Below are positions 62,991 through 64,000 of a stretch of 64,000 bases of DNA, in pieces. Position 1 is the stretch's first letter. Each line of letters opens with the position of its first letter. A program made the translations under genes and the position numbers. The stretch comes from Octopus vulgaris (Eukaryota): the NCBI GenBank assembly GCA_951406725.2, contig OX597818.1:27528001-27592000 (forward strand), written 5' to 3'. The notes below the pieces were generated by a model. It was not told where the DNA came from. It worked only from the letters and a program-made list of their open reading frames with translations, and made no database searches.

Positions 62991-63289
62991 TATTTTTGTA
63001 TCCATTGATAGATTGTAGAATTTAATCATAAAAACTGTTGTTAAATCCTAAGGCTAGCACTGATCAAACAGAATTATGCTTATAGGTTTTGCATATGTGG
63101 GTATCTTGTATTATTCTTCCAGCTGCTGTGTATATGCACAGACATGGCAAGGTGCGAGCTGTGTGGTAAGGAGCCTGGTTCTCCATCATATGGTTTCAAG
63201 TTCAGTCTTACTCTATGAAACTTTGGATGAGAGTCTTCTACAATAGTCTTTGGATGAGAGTCTTCTACAATAGTCTTTGGCAGACAGAA

Positions 63290-63520
63290 ACAATATCATC
63301 ATGATAGCACTGACAACAGCTCCAACAACACCAATGATGATGACCATAACATCAACAGCAGCACCACCACTGTTGATGTCCCCTACACCAGTTGTAACAG
63401 TACCAACACCATTGTCACCTTCAGCGATGCCAATAACAACACCAACAGCATCCATACCAACAACAGCGGTAGCAGTAGCGTCAACACCAGCAGATACAAC
63501 ACCACCAACATCCACACACA
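63290..63520. repeat. (ACC/AAC/AGC)-rich low-complexity tract
   Basis: Directly visible; gives the T/P-rich ORF. Confidence 0.8.
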
Positions 63521-63545
63521 GAGATACTTTGGATGCTCCAATAAA

Positions 63546-63878
63546 ATGTTCAAGCAACATCTCTCCAACCACAGATCTTCTTTCAGGATACCGGAAAGGA
63601 AATATGCTATGTCATTAGCAAGCCATGTATGGCAGCTGAAGGACAAGGGAGTTCCACACGTAATATCATGGAGAATCCTAGAAAATTTATGCCCCTACAT
63701 AAACAGGACCAAGTGTTGTAAACTGTGCATAGATGAACAGGCAAGGATATTGAAGTACTCTCTCAACCCAGGGAACATCCTTGACTCCAAAATAGAAAGC
63801 TTTGAACTCTGTTTGCTCTTCAAGAAATTCCTGCAGGCATCCTGGGACCCACACGATAATAGAATCGGTTATGAATAA
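63546..63878 (+). mobile_element. PLE GIY-YIG C-terminal fragment
   Basis: FKQHLSNHRSSF..SLASHVWQLK..ISWRIL..CKLCIDEQARIL. Confidence 0.8.
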
Positions 63879-64000
63879 CAGCCAAAAGGAGACAATCCCC
63901 TGTTGTTGACATAGAGTAATGAAATCTTTTTCCTCCTCCATTTCTAGAGAGGCCACTTACTATATAGGCCATGTACTAACAGGTTTTGGAGTCTGATGAT

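Noticed and set aside
63277-63618. Mucin-like T/P-rich ORF
   Set aside because: Degenerate trinucleotide tract between a SINE fragment and a PLE fragment; no splice or signal evidence.

Overview
AT-rich eukaryotic DNA, dense in microsatellites and transposons. The repeat landscape (RTE LINEs with (GAT)n tails, tRNA-derived SINEs, huge (TA)n/(TATG)n arrays) resembles a coleoid cephalopod such as Octopus; this is inference. The only host-gene signal is three phase-compatible short + strand exons (56-115, 3634-3689, 7906-7989) ending a protein I cannot name, followed by a probable 3'UTR. The rest is decayed or nested mobile DNA: many RTE copies, an L1/Tx1 element, a CR1/L2-group LINE carrying a hAT that itself carries a CsRn1-type gypsy, a second gypsy, several Penelope-like elements (PLEs), mariner/Tc1, piggyBac and Helitron non-autonomous copies, and SINEs. 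The most interesting signal is about 12 type-I hammerhead-ribozyme (HHR)-shaped motifs from about 8 dissimilar sequence families. Several have non-canonical cores (CUGUUGA, CCGAAGA, UUGAAAA, GUGAACA) or a recurring U-U at the base of stem II. They sit in PLE tails or in palindromic mini-elements next to (TA)n. One is a composite of tRNA head + (AAT)n + hammerhead tail that looks like a Pol III-driven, Penelope-mobilised SINE. All folds were read by eye; none was computed.
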